Source of the DNA: an uncultured Nitrososphaeria archaeon
GTDB taxonomy: Archaea; Thermoproteota; Nitrososphaeria_A; Caldarchaeales; Wolframiiraptoraceae
Direction of reading: 5' to 3'
Assembly (NCBI GenBank): GCA_964451435.1
Contig: CAYVHW010000001.1
Coordinates: forward strand, 740 to 64,739
DNA length: 64,000 bases
The notes beneath the pieces are model-generated. The model was not told the origin of the DNA and searched no databases. It worked only from the letters and a program-made list of their open reading frames with translations. Both the position numbers and the translations under genes were made by a program. Of this stretch, positions 1 to 8,561 are shown piece after piece. Numbering within the stretch: the stretch's first letter is position 1; each line of letters opens with the position of its first letter.

Positions 1-429
1 AAGCATAGGGGTAGTAGGACTTGCGGCTGGGGGCAGATAGGCCAGCATAGGAAGACTGGGGCGAAGGGAGGCCATGGGATGACGGGCAGGCATAAGCATA
101 AGTGGACTTGGGTTCTCAGATATGATCGAGACTACTTCGGGAAGCATGGATTCTATAGGCCGAATAGGAGGGAGGTCAGGGCGATAAACCTGATCCAGCT
201 CAAAACCCTAGTCGAGAACCTTGAGCGGGAGGGGAGGTTGAAGACCATGAAAGACAAGCCATTCATAAACTTGAAGGAGCTCGGCGTCGATAAGCTGATA
301 GCGCGTGGAAGAATTAATCGCCCAATCCTAGTGGCGGTCGAGAGCTGGACCGAGAAGGCGGAGAAGTTAATTAAGGATGCTGGAGGAGAATTGATTAGGC
401 CTGAGGAGCTTAAGGGTGTTGAGCCTTGA
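1..429 (+). CDS. rpl15: 50S ribosomal protein uL15 (L15), 5'-truncated by window start
   Basis: The frame of the 79..429 ORF stays open back to nt 1 (...RTCGWGQIGQHRKTGAKGGHGMTGRHKHKW...), which matches the archaeal L15 N-region, so the gene starts upstream of the window. It sits immediately 5' of secY as in the conserved archaeal cluster. Confidence 0.8.
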   Translation, partial: KHRGSRTCGWGQIGQHRKTGAKGGHGMTGRHKHKWTWVLRYDRDYFGKHGFYRPNRREVRAINLIQLKTLVENLEREGRLKTMKDKPFINLKELGVDKLIARGRINRPILVAVESWTEKAEKLIKDAGGELIRPEELKGVEP

Positions 430-1844
430 CCCTTAGAGAGGCTATTGAGGTCGTCGCCAGGCACATGCCCGAGGTGAGGAGACCCGCCAAGAAGCTTGGA
501 TTAGGCGAGAGATTGATCTGGACAGCCCTCGTCTTGGTGATCTACACTCTCATGGGCCACACATTCCTCTATGGAGTCCCACAGGCGGCGAGTATCGCGG
601 CGAGAAACCCATTGATCCTAAACATAATCTTCGCTCAAAGAGTAGGAACCCTAACGACGCTTGGAATAGGCCCGATAGTCACAGCTGGATTGATCCTCCA
701 GCTATTGGTTGGAGCCGAGCTGATAAAACTCGATCTCTCGAAGCCGGAGGATAGGGCTACCTTCACGGCTGCGAGCAAGGTCTTAACCCTAATCGTGATA
801 ATCTTCGAGGCGGCGGTCTTCACGGTCTCGGGAATGCTTGGCAGGCTTAGCCCAAACGTCCAAGTCTTGGTCTTCCTACAGCTCGTGGCCGCAACCATAT
901 TGATCATGTTCATGGATGAGCTCATCCAGAAGGGCTGGGGCCTTGGAAGCGGGGTGAGCCTATTCATAGCCGCTGGAGTGGCCGAGAACATCTTAACAAG
1001 CCTATTCTCCCCGATCATGCTCCCAGATGGATACTATCAAGGAATAATTCTGGCGATGATCCAAGCGGCGGCGAGCGGCGCCCCAATCCAAGACCTATTC
1101 TTTAGAGGCCAATACCCGGATCTACTGGGATTGACGAGCACATTAGCCCTCCTACTCCTGATAATCTACTTGGAGTCGGTTAGGATCGAGGTCCCGATCC
1201 AGTATGCGAGGGTCTCAGGGTATGTCGCAAAGTATCCGATAAAGTTCCTCTACGTCTCGAACATCCCAGTCATCTTCGCATCAACCCTATTCACGAACAT
1301 CTACTTCTTCTCAAACATAATCTGGAGCAGATTCAATCCGACCAACACAAACAATATGCTGAACGTGATCGGGATGTTCAACGCAACTGAGAGCGGAGTC
1401 TACCCAATAGGGGGCATCGCATACTATCTGACATCCCCATATACTCTGGCTGGGGCGATGAGAGATCCGATAAGAGCATTAATCTACGCCGCAATCATGA
1501 TAGTATTCTGCATAGTCTTCGCCAAATTCTGGGTCGAGGTCGGAGGATTATCGCCATCGCATGTTGCAGATCAATTGATTAAAGCCGGTATGCAAGTTCC
1601 CGGATTTAGAAGAGCTCCTGGAGTCATAGCTAAGATAATCGAGAGATATATTGGAGTCGTGACGATCCTCGGAGCGATCATAGTCGCCTTGATAGCGGTC
1701 TTCGGAGACTACTTCAACGCATACGGCGGAGGAATAGGAATACTCCTAATGACCGGAATCCTATACCAATACTATGAGCTATTAGTGAGAGAGAGGCTGA
1801 CCGAGATGTATCCTGGATTGGCCAAGCTCCTAGGAGAGGAGTAG
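426..1844 (+). CDS. secY: preprotein translocase subunit SecY
   Basis: 472 aa, 10-TM. The N-terminus (MPEVRRPAKKLGLGERLIWTALVLVIY...) is typical archaeal SecY. It starts on TTG overlapping the rpl15 stop. Confidence 0.9.
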   Translation: MTLREAIEVVARHMPEVRRPAKKLGLGERLIWTALVLVIYTLMGHTFLYGVPQAASIAARNPLILNIIFAQRVGTLTTLGIGPIVTAGLILQLLVGAELIKLDLSKPEDRATFTAASKVLTLIVIIFEAAVFTVSGMLGRLSPNVQVLVFLQLVAATILIMFMDELIQKGWGLGSGVSLFIAAGVAENILTSLFSPIMLPDGYYQGIILAMIQAAASGAPIQDLFFRGQYPDLLGLTSTLALLLLIIYLESVRIEVPIQYARVSGYVAKYPIKFLYVSNIPVIFASTLFTNIYFFSNIIWSRFNPTNTNNMLNVIGMFNATESGVYPIGGIAYYLTSPYTLAGAMRDPIRALIYAAIMIVFCIVFAKFWVEVGGLSPSHVADQLIKAGMQVPGFRRAPGVIAKIIERYIGVVTILGAIIVALIAVFGDYFNAYGGGIGILLMTGILYQYYELLVRERLTEMYPGLAKLLGEE

Positions 1845-1846
1845 AG

Positions 1847-2341
1847 ATGTTTGATCCATTGTTCGAGATACTTGGGATAGCCTTGGCTGTGAGTCTTCTG
1901 ACAAATTATCTGAGAAGGAGGCTTATAGGGCCGGAGGAGATGGCGAAGATGAAGGAGGCTCAAGAGTTTCAGAGAAAGCTCCTACAAGCTCAGAAGAAGG
2001 GCGACAAGAAGCTGATCCAAAAGTTGAAGAGGAGGCAGGAATATTATCAAAAGATAAGCGCTGAGGTCGGGAAGAAGAATATGATCTTGATGTTCATCAG
2101 CCTCGGAATATTCTACGCGGTCTTCATGGCCCTAACACCCCTCTATGGAAGCGTCGGGATAGTGGCATCCCTACCCTCAGACCTCATGATACCGCTCATC
2201 TCCCAGGGAAACAAGCTAACCTTCATAGGCTGGTATATCTTAGCATTATTGGCGGCCGGGATGCCTATGGGGAAGATATTTGAAGTAAAGGCTGAGGAGG
2301 TTGAGAGCTATGCCAAGAAGAGCGCTAAGGACGAGAAGTAG
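1847..2341 (+). CDS. DUF106 family membrane protein (archaeal Oxa1/YidC/EMC3-like insertase homologue)
   Basis: 164 aa with 3 TM helices and a charged coiled-coil loop (KMKEAQEFQRKLLQAQKKGDKK...). It lies in the conserved position downstream of secY. Confidence 0.6.
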   Translation: MFDPLFEILGIALAVSLLTNYLRRRLIGPEEMAKMKEAQEFQRKLLQAQKKGDKKLIQKLKRRQEYYQKISAEVGKKNMILMFISLGIFYAVFMALTPLYGSVGIVASLPSDLMIPLISQGNKLTFIGWYILALLAAGMPMGKIFEVKAEEVESYAKKSAKDEK

Positions 2342-2588
2342 GAAGAGGAAGTATGTCCGAACCCCCGGCGGGAGAGTGGTCATACACTATGAGGATGAGA
2401 AGCGAGGCTTCCATAGATGCGCTAGATGTGGGGCCATAATCCATGGAATACCTAGGGAGAAGGATTACAAGCTCGCGCATAGTGAGAGGACGGTTGAGAG
2501 ATATTATGGTGGGATGCTCTGCCAAAACTGCCTAGAAGAGCTGATCAGGATGAAGGTGGCGTCCGAGTGGAGTTCAAGCTCATCCTAG
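2310..2588 (+). CDS. rpl34e: 50S ribosomal protein L34e
   Basis: MPRRALRTRSRKRKYVRTPGGRVVIHYEDEK...CARCG zinc-ribbon, archaeal L34e. The ATG at 2310 is preferred over the TTG at 2301 given by the ORF track. Confidence 0.8.
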   Translation: MPRRALRTRSRKRKYVRTPGGRVVIHYEDEKRGFHRCARCGAIIHGIPREKDYKLAHSERTVERYYGGMLCQNCLEELIRMKVASEWSSSSS

Positions 2589-3164
2589 CCTAAAGAACTC
2601 CTTAACCGCTTGGAGCACGATCCTATAGACCGCGGATTCATCGAGATCGCTTGTGTCTAGGACTAGGTGGAATGGCTCAAAATCCCTCCCGACCTCGATC
2701 CCATAAAGCTTCTTGTAGAGTTCTATGCTCTCTGAATCCCTCTTCTCTAGAAGCCTCCTCGCCTCCTCCACGCTTATACCGCTCCTCCTCGCCATCCGCT
2801 CAGCCCTAACCTCGGTCTTGGCCTTAAGCCAGATATTGAACCCACCTCGATAAAGCCATGGTAGAATCCAGCTATCTATGACTACGTCTCCAGCCTTTGC
2901 GAGTTCTATGAGCTTTTGATCGACGAGCTTATCGAACTCAGGGTTCCTCAACCTCTCCTCAAGAAACCTCATACCATCCTCGGTCTCCCACCACTCCCTC
3001 CCCCCAGGCCTATAGCCCCTCTCAACCGCCAACATCTTCAACCCATCTCCACCCGAGACGTATCTTAGGTTAAGAGATTCTGCGAGCCTCTTCGCTAGGG
3101 TGCTCTTCCCCGTCGCCGCCAATCCGCTTATGCAGATAACGATTCTCTTGACCACCTCGCACAC
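2580..3164 (-). CDS. cmk: cytidylate kinase (archaeal type)
   Basis: 194 aa with a P-loop (ISGLAATGKSTLAKRLAE) and archaeal Cmk-like layout. Its 3' end overlaps rpl34e convergently. Confidence 0.75.
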   Translation of the reverse strand: MCEVVKRIVICISGLAATGKSTLAKRLAESLNLRYVSGGDGLKMLAVERGYRPGGREWWETEDGMRFLEERLRNPEFDKLVDQKLIELAKAGDVVIDSWILPWLYRGGFNIWLKAKTEVRAERMARRSGISVEEARRLLEKRDSESIELYKKLYGIEVGRDFEPFHLVLDTSDLDESAVYRIVLQAVKEFFRLG

Positions 3165-3182
3165 CTCCGGATAGTCACGATC

Positions 3183-4406
3183 TTATGGAACAAAGAATTT
3201 GGGCTCGGGATCGAATTTTTCGATTGAACGCAACTTCTTGAGGGTCTCTAGAACTCTCTCCCTAACCTTGATCGGCTTCTCAAACTCCCTCACGACCTCT
3301 CCATCGATTATTAGGGGTTTTAGGAGGGGCTTAACCGGCTTTCCGCAGACCGGGCAGCTCTCAAGCCTCGCATCGAACTTCGTGATCGTGTCGTGGAGAT
3401 TCTCACATCTATAGACCTGCTTCCTACCCGGAAGTTTCCCCCTCTTCGAGAAGCTCTCTCCATCCACCTCAACTATATCCATCGCGAGGTCTATGGATCT
3501 CGGGAAGGCTATCGATGTCCCAACCCCGAACCCATCCGCAACATCCACGAGCCTCCTAACATCCTCCTCGTCGAGTCCCCCGCTCACGAAGATCTTGACA
3601 TGCTTGTAGCCGGCCGAGTCCAACGCCCACCTAACCTCCAAGACTATCTTCCTCATATCTCCCCTCCTAGAGCTTGGGGTGTCGAGCCTCACTCCATAAA
3701 GCTTCTCTCCAAGGGCTTTTGCGGCGGCCAAGCTCTCGAACCTCTCATCCGATAACGTATCGCATAGCGCTATCCTTGGAACATCTCTAGAGATAATCTC
3801 ATCGAAAGCCCTCCAAGCCTTAACCTGATCGCCCATAGTCAATATCAGGGCATGAGGCATCGTTCCCGTGGGCTTGACTCCGGCGAGCTCGGCTCCGAGA
3901 ACTCCTGAGATTCCATCGCATCCACCGATGAACGCATATCTATCGGCCATGGGCGCTATGGCTGGATGAACCGCCCTAACCCCGAAGAAGAGGACGGGCT
4001 TACCCCACCCAGCGAGCTTAACCCTAGCCGCCTTAGTCGCTATGCTCGTTGCATGTCTCAGGATTCCGAGCAGTCCAGCCTCATGGACTCCGAAGTCCAC
4101 ATATCTCCCCTCGATCGCTAGAACTGGTTCAAAGGTTCTGAAGAGCTCCCCCTCATCCATCGAGTAGACGTTTACCGGCTTGCCCTCAAGCAGGTTCGCA
4201 ACCTCCTCCACTCCAGCTAGGATCGCCCAATCATATCCGGTTGGAAGACCATAGTTATGAACCTCCGCATAGACCTTGTGATGGGATTCACCCGACTTCT
4301 CTAAGATCTCCCTAGTCCTCATGAAATATATGTCCGTGATCCTCCCCTCAAGAATCTCCTCCTCGCTCGCGACGTAGAACTTTCTATTGTCGCCCAACTC
4401 CATCAC
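3183..4406 (-). CDS. pncB: nicotinate phosphoribosyltransferase with C-terminal Zn-ribbon extension
   Basis: 407 aa with a type II PRTase fold (NAPRTase family). The C-terminus carries CxxC...CPVCG. Its start overlaps the pncA stop (shared 4403-4406). Confidence 0.75.
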   Translation of the reverse strand: MMELGDNRKFYVASEEEILEGRITDIYFMRTREILEKSGESHHKVYAEVHNYGLPTGYDWAILAGVEEVANLLEGKPVNVYSMDEGELFRTFEPVLAIEGRYVDFGVHEAGLLGILRHATSIATKAARVKLAGWGKPVLFFGVRAVHPAIAPMADRYAFIGGCDGISGVLGAELAGVKPTGTMPHALILTMGDQVKAWRAFDEIISRDVPRIALCDTLSDERFESLAAAKALGEKLYGVRLDTPSSRRGDMRKIVLEVRWALDSAGYKHVKIFVSGGLDEEDVRRLVDVADGFGVGTSIAFPRSIDLAMDIVEVDGESFSKRGKLPGRKQVYRCENLHDTITKFDARLESCPVCGKPVKPLLKPLIIDGEVVREFEKPIKVRERVLETLKKLRSIEKFDPEPKFFVP

Positions 4407-5050
4407 CCAAATCTCATCATGTCAGATCTGGTTAGCTTAGCCTTATAGATGAAGCTCAGCTGCCTAAGCGATAGAGCGTAGTCGAAGTCATTTAAGGCGA
4501 GGATGCAGTCTATCGGGACTATCAGCTTATATCCCCTCATGGCCGCGCTCCCAGCCGTGTGTAGCACGCAGATATTCGCTAAAACTCCTGTCAAGATCAA
4601 GCTCTCCAAGCCCCTATATCTCAAGATGTGTTCCAGCGGGGTTCCATAGAAGGCGTCATAGCTCGGCTTCCTCACAATGAATTCGCCCTTCTTGGGTTTA
4701 AGCTCCCCGACTATCTCCGCGCCCCAGCTACCAGCTAATGCATGCTCTCCCCAAACCTCGAACTCAGGATCATTTTCATGATGCCAGTCTTGAGTATAGA
4801 TTATGGTCGCGCCAGCCTCGCGAGCCTTGTCCAAGATCGATTTAATCGGTTTTATCAAGTTCTCGGATCTTGGAACATATAGCTTGCCCTTCTCCTCGAT
4901 GAAGTCGTTCTGCATATCGATGACCATGACCGCGGTTTTACGCGGATCTGCCGACACCTCGACGACTCTTAACTCCTCTGGGAACTCAAGCGTCTTAGGC
5001 AGGCTTATCTCCGATATTTCCCCCACCCTCCATGAGTTCCATGAATCCAT
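4403..5050 (-). CDS. pncA: nicotinamidase/pyrazinamidase (isochorismatase fold)
   Basis: 215 aa. Contains VIDMQNDF...YTQDWH...C (catalytic Cys in TGVLANICVLHTA), the classic PncA triad context. Co-directional with pncB. Confidence 0.7.
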   Translation of the reverse strand: MDSWNSWRVGEISEISLPKTLEFPEELRVVEVSADPRKTAVMVIDMQNDFIEEKGKLYVPRSENLIKPIKSILDKAREAGATIIYTQDWHHENDPEFEVWGEHALAGSWGAEIVGELKPKKGEFIVRKPSYDAFYGTPLEHILRYRGLESLILTGVLANICVLHTAGSAAMRGYKLIVPIDCILALNDFDYALSLRQLSFIYKAKLTRSDMMRFG

Positions 5051-5059
5051 AATATTAGC

Positions 5060-6211
5060 TTATCCCGATAGGAGGGGCTTAGCCAACTTCACGGCCAATC
5101 TAGGATGCCTTAGAAGTTTCCTTGCAACTCTCAAGATTTCAAGCCCATTCGCTAGGTCGATGATATCCCTCTCCTCTAATACCTCCGCTAATAGGTTTAG
5201 GTCCTCATCGCTCAAGTTCTCCAAGACTCTGAGAACCTTCAAGCTTCTCCTAATCCTAGTCAGCCATGGCCTATACTTCTCAACGAACTCCATCAACCTA
5301 TTCTTCGATACATCTCCCTCAAGGGCGGCCTTCCCAGAGACCTCGCCCGCCGCCAAGCCGGAGGATATCGATGAGTGTATCCCCCCACCCGTCAATGGGA
5401 TCACCATTCCAGCCGCGTCTCCTATCAGGATCGCATTATCTTGGATGAACTCGCTTATCACCCCTCCAACTGGAACCGGGGCACCCCTATAATCTATTAC
5501 TTGAGCACGTCCAAGCTCGTCCTCAAACATCTTGATGAACTTGTCGAGGTATGGTTTTATCGGAGCGCCTCTAACACCTATCCCAACCTCGGCGACCTTC
5601 TCATTCCATGGAAAGATCCAAGCATACCCCTTGGGCGCTATCTCATTTCCAAGATAAAATCTAACCGCGTGTGGATCCTTGATCCTGCATCCAGCCATTA
5701 CGCACTGAATTGTTGGAATCGGCTCAGACCTCTCCTTAATTCCAAGACATCTCGCAACCGTCGAGTTATATCCATCGGCACCTATCACGACCATTGCCTC
5801 ATAAACTCCCCTATTCGTCTCAACCTTCATCAATCCATCCACACGCCTAACCGATAAGACCCGCTCACCGACGTGGATCTCAGCTCCCCTCTCAGCCGCT
5901 TGACATGCTATCTCCTGTAAGAGCATGGTCTTGTTTATGAGATATCCGGTTCCATGAAGCCTTATGGACTTCATGTTCGGGGCACAGACGATCGCATAAG
6001 CCTCGTTGTGAATCAGGCTCGGGCTCGCCTCGACCCCAGCCGTCTCTAGAGTCGCCTTACTCACGGCCATTCCACACGGCTTCATCGCCATAATCCTCGG
6101 ATTCATCTCAAGCAAGAGAGTCTTCGCGCCAACTCCAGCGGCGGACTTGGCGGCTGAGACCCCAGCGGGCCCGGCGCCAACAACAATCACATCAAACCTC
6201 TTAACGGACAT
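5060..6211 (-). CDS. geranylgeranyl reductase family FAD-dependent oxidoreductase (digeranylgeranylglycerophospholipid reductase-like)
   Basis: 383 aa with an N-terminal GxGxxG FAD motif (DVIVVGAGPAG), a KPCG motif, and a C-terminal helical domain typical of archaeal GGR. Confidence 0.8.
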   Translation of the reverse strand: MSVKRFDVIVVGAGPAGVSAAKSAAGVGAKTLLLEMNPRIMAMKPCGMAVSKATLETAGVEASPSLIHNEAYAIVCAPNMKSIRLHGTGYLINKTMLLQEIACQAAERGAEIHVGERVLSVRRVDGLMKVETNRGVYEAMVVIGADGYNSTVARCLGIKERSEPIPTIQCVMAGCRIKDPHAVRFYLGNEIAPKGYAWIFPWNEKVAEVGIGVRGAPIKPYLDKFIKMFEDELGRAQVIDYRGAPVPVGGVISEFIQDNAILIGDAAGMVIPLTGGGIHSSISSGLAAGEVSGKAALEGDVSKNRLMEFVEKYRPWLTRIRRSLKVLRVLENLSDEDLNLLAEVLEERDIIDLANGLEILRVARKLLRHPRLAVKLAKPLLSG

Positions 6212-6374
6212 TCACTCGATCAGATCTTAAGGTGATTATAAACTTTCTCAGATGATTAACCCTTGGCGGGAATGGGAAAGTTTGTCCCGAATCTTTTACA
6301 ATCTTTTGATCCTTCTCAAGATCCTTGACAAAGGCTTAATTATTAGGGGTTTTCACAGGATTTCGGTGTCAAGG

Positions 6375-8561
6375 ATGCTTAGACGGATGGCCATGAAAGT
6401 GTTGGTGATGATCTCGGTAGTCTCGATGGGTTTGGCTATGATCGGCTCGATACATGCGATGGATGAGCACGCGATAATCTATGATAAGAGGCTCCTCGAT
6501 CCGGTGGCTGAGCTCCTCTCAGGCCCTGTCTGGCTTAGAATAAGGGGATATGATATCTATGAGAGCTTCACGAGATCTGAGAGCCTAGCTTCAGCGCCGG
6601 CCCAAGCTCCAGGCTTACCGATCAGGATACCGTATAGGGAACCTTCTCCAAAGTTTAGCAGAAATCTCTTAATATCGATCGATGTGGGCAGAATACCATA
6701 TCAAGCAGAGACATGCTTAGCCGTGAACCCGAGGGATCCAGACAACCTAGTCATAGGATTAAATGATTATGGGTTCTACGCTCCATCGGCTTACGTCAGC
6801 ATGGATGGTGGAGAGACTTGGAGCGGTCCGCATCCCATGGTCCCGCTCCAAAAAGATGATTTTGGATCCGATGTTTCCCTAGCGTTTGATAGGAATGGAA
6901 CGGTTTACTTTGCCTATATGTCGATTGGATGGAAGTGGGTTAGAACCTTAAACGTCGTCGTAGGGGATGAGAAGGCGAGCATAGTAGTCTCGAAGTCGGT
7001 TGATGGTGGGGAGACTTGGAGCGCTCCAAGGGTGGTCGCCGTAGGAGACATCTATGCTAAAGAGGATGAGGTGGTCGTGATCTTCTTGGATAGACCTAGG
7101 ATAGCCGTAGGCCCGGATCCATTCGATAAAGGTAAGGATAGAATCTACGTCACATATACTGAGTTCGTCTTACGCTATCCCCTAATTCCGGAGTATCCAT
7201 ATATCATGGCTCCGCTGATAAGCACGACGATAAAGCTCGTATATTCAACCGATGGCGGGAAGACTTGGAGTGCGCCCAAGCAAGTCAGCCCAACCTTCTC
7301 CTACTGGGCTGGAGAGGAGAGGAGGAGAGTGGTTCAAGGATCGAATCCCAAGGTCGCCGAGGATGGTAGATTATACGTGGCATACTATGATTCCTTGAAT
7401 GATGGGCCATGGGATGGGCTATTCGCTCCAACGATAGTCTGGTCGGATGATGGAGGAGAGACCTTCTCGAAGCCCATCCATGTAGACCATCTCCTCGAAC
7501 TCGACTATGAGCTTCCACCGACCCTCTTCAGAGCATGGGTCTCGATGATGCCCCAAATAGATGTTGGACCCAATGGAGAGGTTTACTTAGTAGTCGCTGC
7601 CAGACCAGGGATGTTAAGCCCGGATGACTCAGACATATTCTTCTATCGATCACTCGATCGGGGGAAGACTTGGAGCTCCGCTAAGAGGATTAATGACGAT
7701 GAGACAACAAGGGATCAATTCATACCGGCAATAGCCGTTAGCCCAAATGGAACCATCCACGTGGCTTGGGGAGATAGGAGGCACGATCCAAAGGATGTAG
7801 AATACCATATCTATTACACGAAGTCATCCGATAGGGGTGAGACGTGGATAAGGAATGTGAGGGTGACGGACTCTCCATCGAACCCCAACTTCGGCCTCTA
7901 CCTATACATCGGAGATTATTGGAGCATAGAGGCGACTGACGAGGACGTCTATATAGCTTGGACGGATACTAGGCTTGGGAGACCCGAATCACCCAACATG
8001 AAAATAGGGTTCGCTAGATCGGGGCATATCCCGCTGCCCACCATCTTGATCTCGCCTCCGGCGGGTGCGGCTGGGCAGAAGGTCACGATAATTGGGGAGA
8101 ACTTCATCCCAGATAAGGAGGTCTATATCCAAGTCGGGGACGCATACGTATCGGTCGCCAGAACAGATTATGAGGGAAAGTTTAAGGTCGATATATTCAT
8201 GCCCATGCTTGGGGAGGGACCGTACAGGGTTAGAGCAATAGATGTTTCAGGAAACCGAGCTGAGGGATACTTCTATGCGGAGTTCGGGATGGACACTATT
8301 AAGAAGACCTTGAGAAAGCATGAGGAAAGCTATCAAGAGATGTTGGATGAGATTTTAAAGCTCAAGAAGGGGGTCGAGGAGGTCGCTAAGAAGATCGAGG
8401 CTAACTCGAGTTCTAGGCAGGAGCTCATAAGCAGAATCGAAGCTCTAAGATCGGAGGTCGAATCGCTAACCCAACTAACCCACATACTAGCAGTGCTCCT
8501 AATAATCTCGGCGGCGATAATCGCGTTGATTATGATTAAGGTCTGGAGGATGAGGAAATGA
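6375..8561 (+). CDS. secreted BNR/Asp-box repeat protein with C-terminal coiled-coil and TM anchor
   Basis: Six S-x-D-x-G-x-T-W/F Asp-boxes (SMDGGETWSG, SVDGGETWSA, STDGGKTWSA, SDDGGETFSK, SLDRGKTWSS, SSDRGETWIR). The signal peptide begins at MLRRMAMKVLVMISVV, so the ATG at 6375 is preferred over the TTG at 6252. A C-terminal heptad region is followed by a TM helix. Its stop overlaps the start of the next gene. Confidence 0.7.
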   Translation: MLRRMAMKVLVMISVVSMGLAMIGSIHAMDEHAIIYDKRLLDPVAELLSGPVWLRIRGYDIYESFTRSESLASAPAQAPGLPIRIPYREPSPKFSRNLLISIDVGRIPYQAETCLAVNPRDPDNLVIGLNDYGFYAPSAYVSMDGGETWSGPHPMVPLQKDDFGSDVSLAFDRNGTVYFAYMSIGWKWVRTLNVVVGDEKASIVVSKSVDGGETWSAPRVVAVGDIYAKEDEVVVIFLDRPRIAVGPDPFDKGKDRIYVTYTEFVLRYPLIPEYPYIMAPLISTTIKLVYSTDGGKTWSAPKQVSPTFSYWAGEERRRVVQGSNPKVAEDGRLYVAYYDSLNDGPWDGLFAPTIVWSDDGGETFSKPIHVDHLLELDYELPPTLFRAWVSMMPQIDVGPNGEVYLVVAARPGMLSPDDSDIFFYRSLDRGKTWSSAKRINDDETTRDQFIPAIAVSPNGTIHVAWGDRRHDPKDVEYHIYYTKSSDRGETWIRNVRVTDSPSNPNFGLYLYIGDYWSIEATDEDVYIAWTDTRLGRPESPNMKIGFARSGHIPLPTILISPPAGAAGQKVTIIGENFIPDKEVYIQVGDAYVSVARTDYEGKFKVDIFMPMLGEGPYRVRAIDVSGNRAEGYFYAEFGMDTIKKTLRKHEESYQEMLDEILKLKKGVEEVAKKIEANSSSRQELISRIEALRSEVESLTQLTHILAVLLIISAAIIALIMIKVWRMRK

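Noticed and set aside
79-429. ORF-track start of the first gene at the ATG at 79
   Set aside because: The reading frame is open to nt 1 and the upstream residues match the L15 N-region, so the gene is truncated by the window rather than starting at 79.
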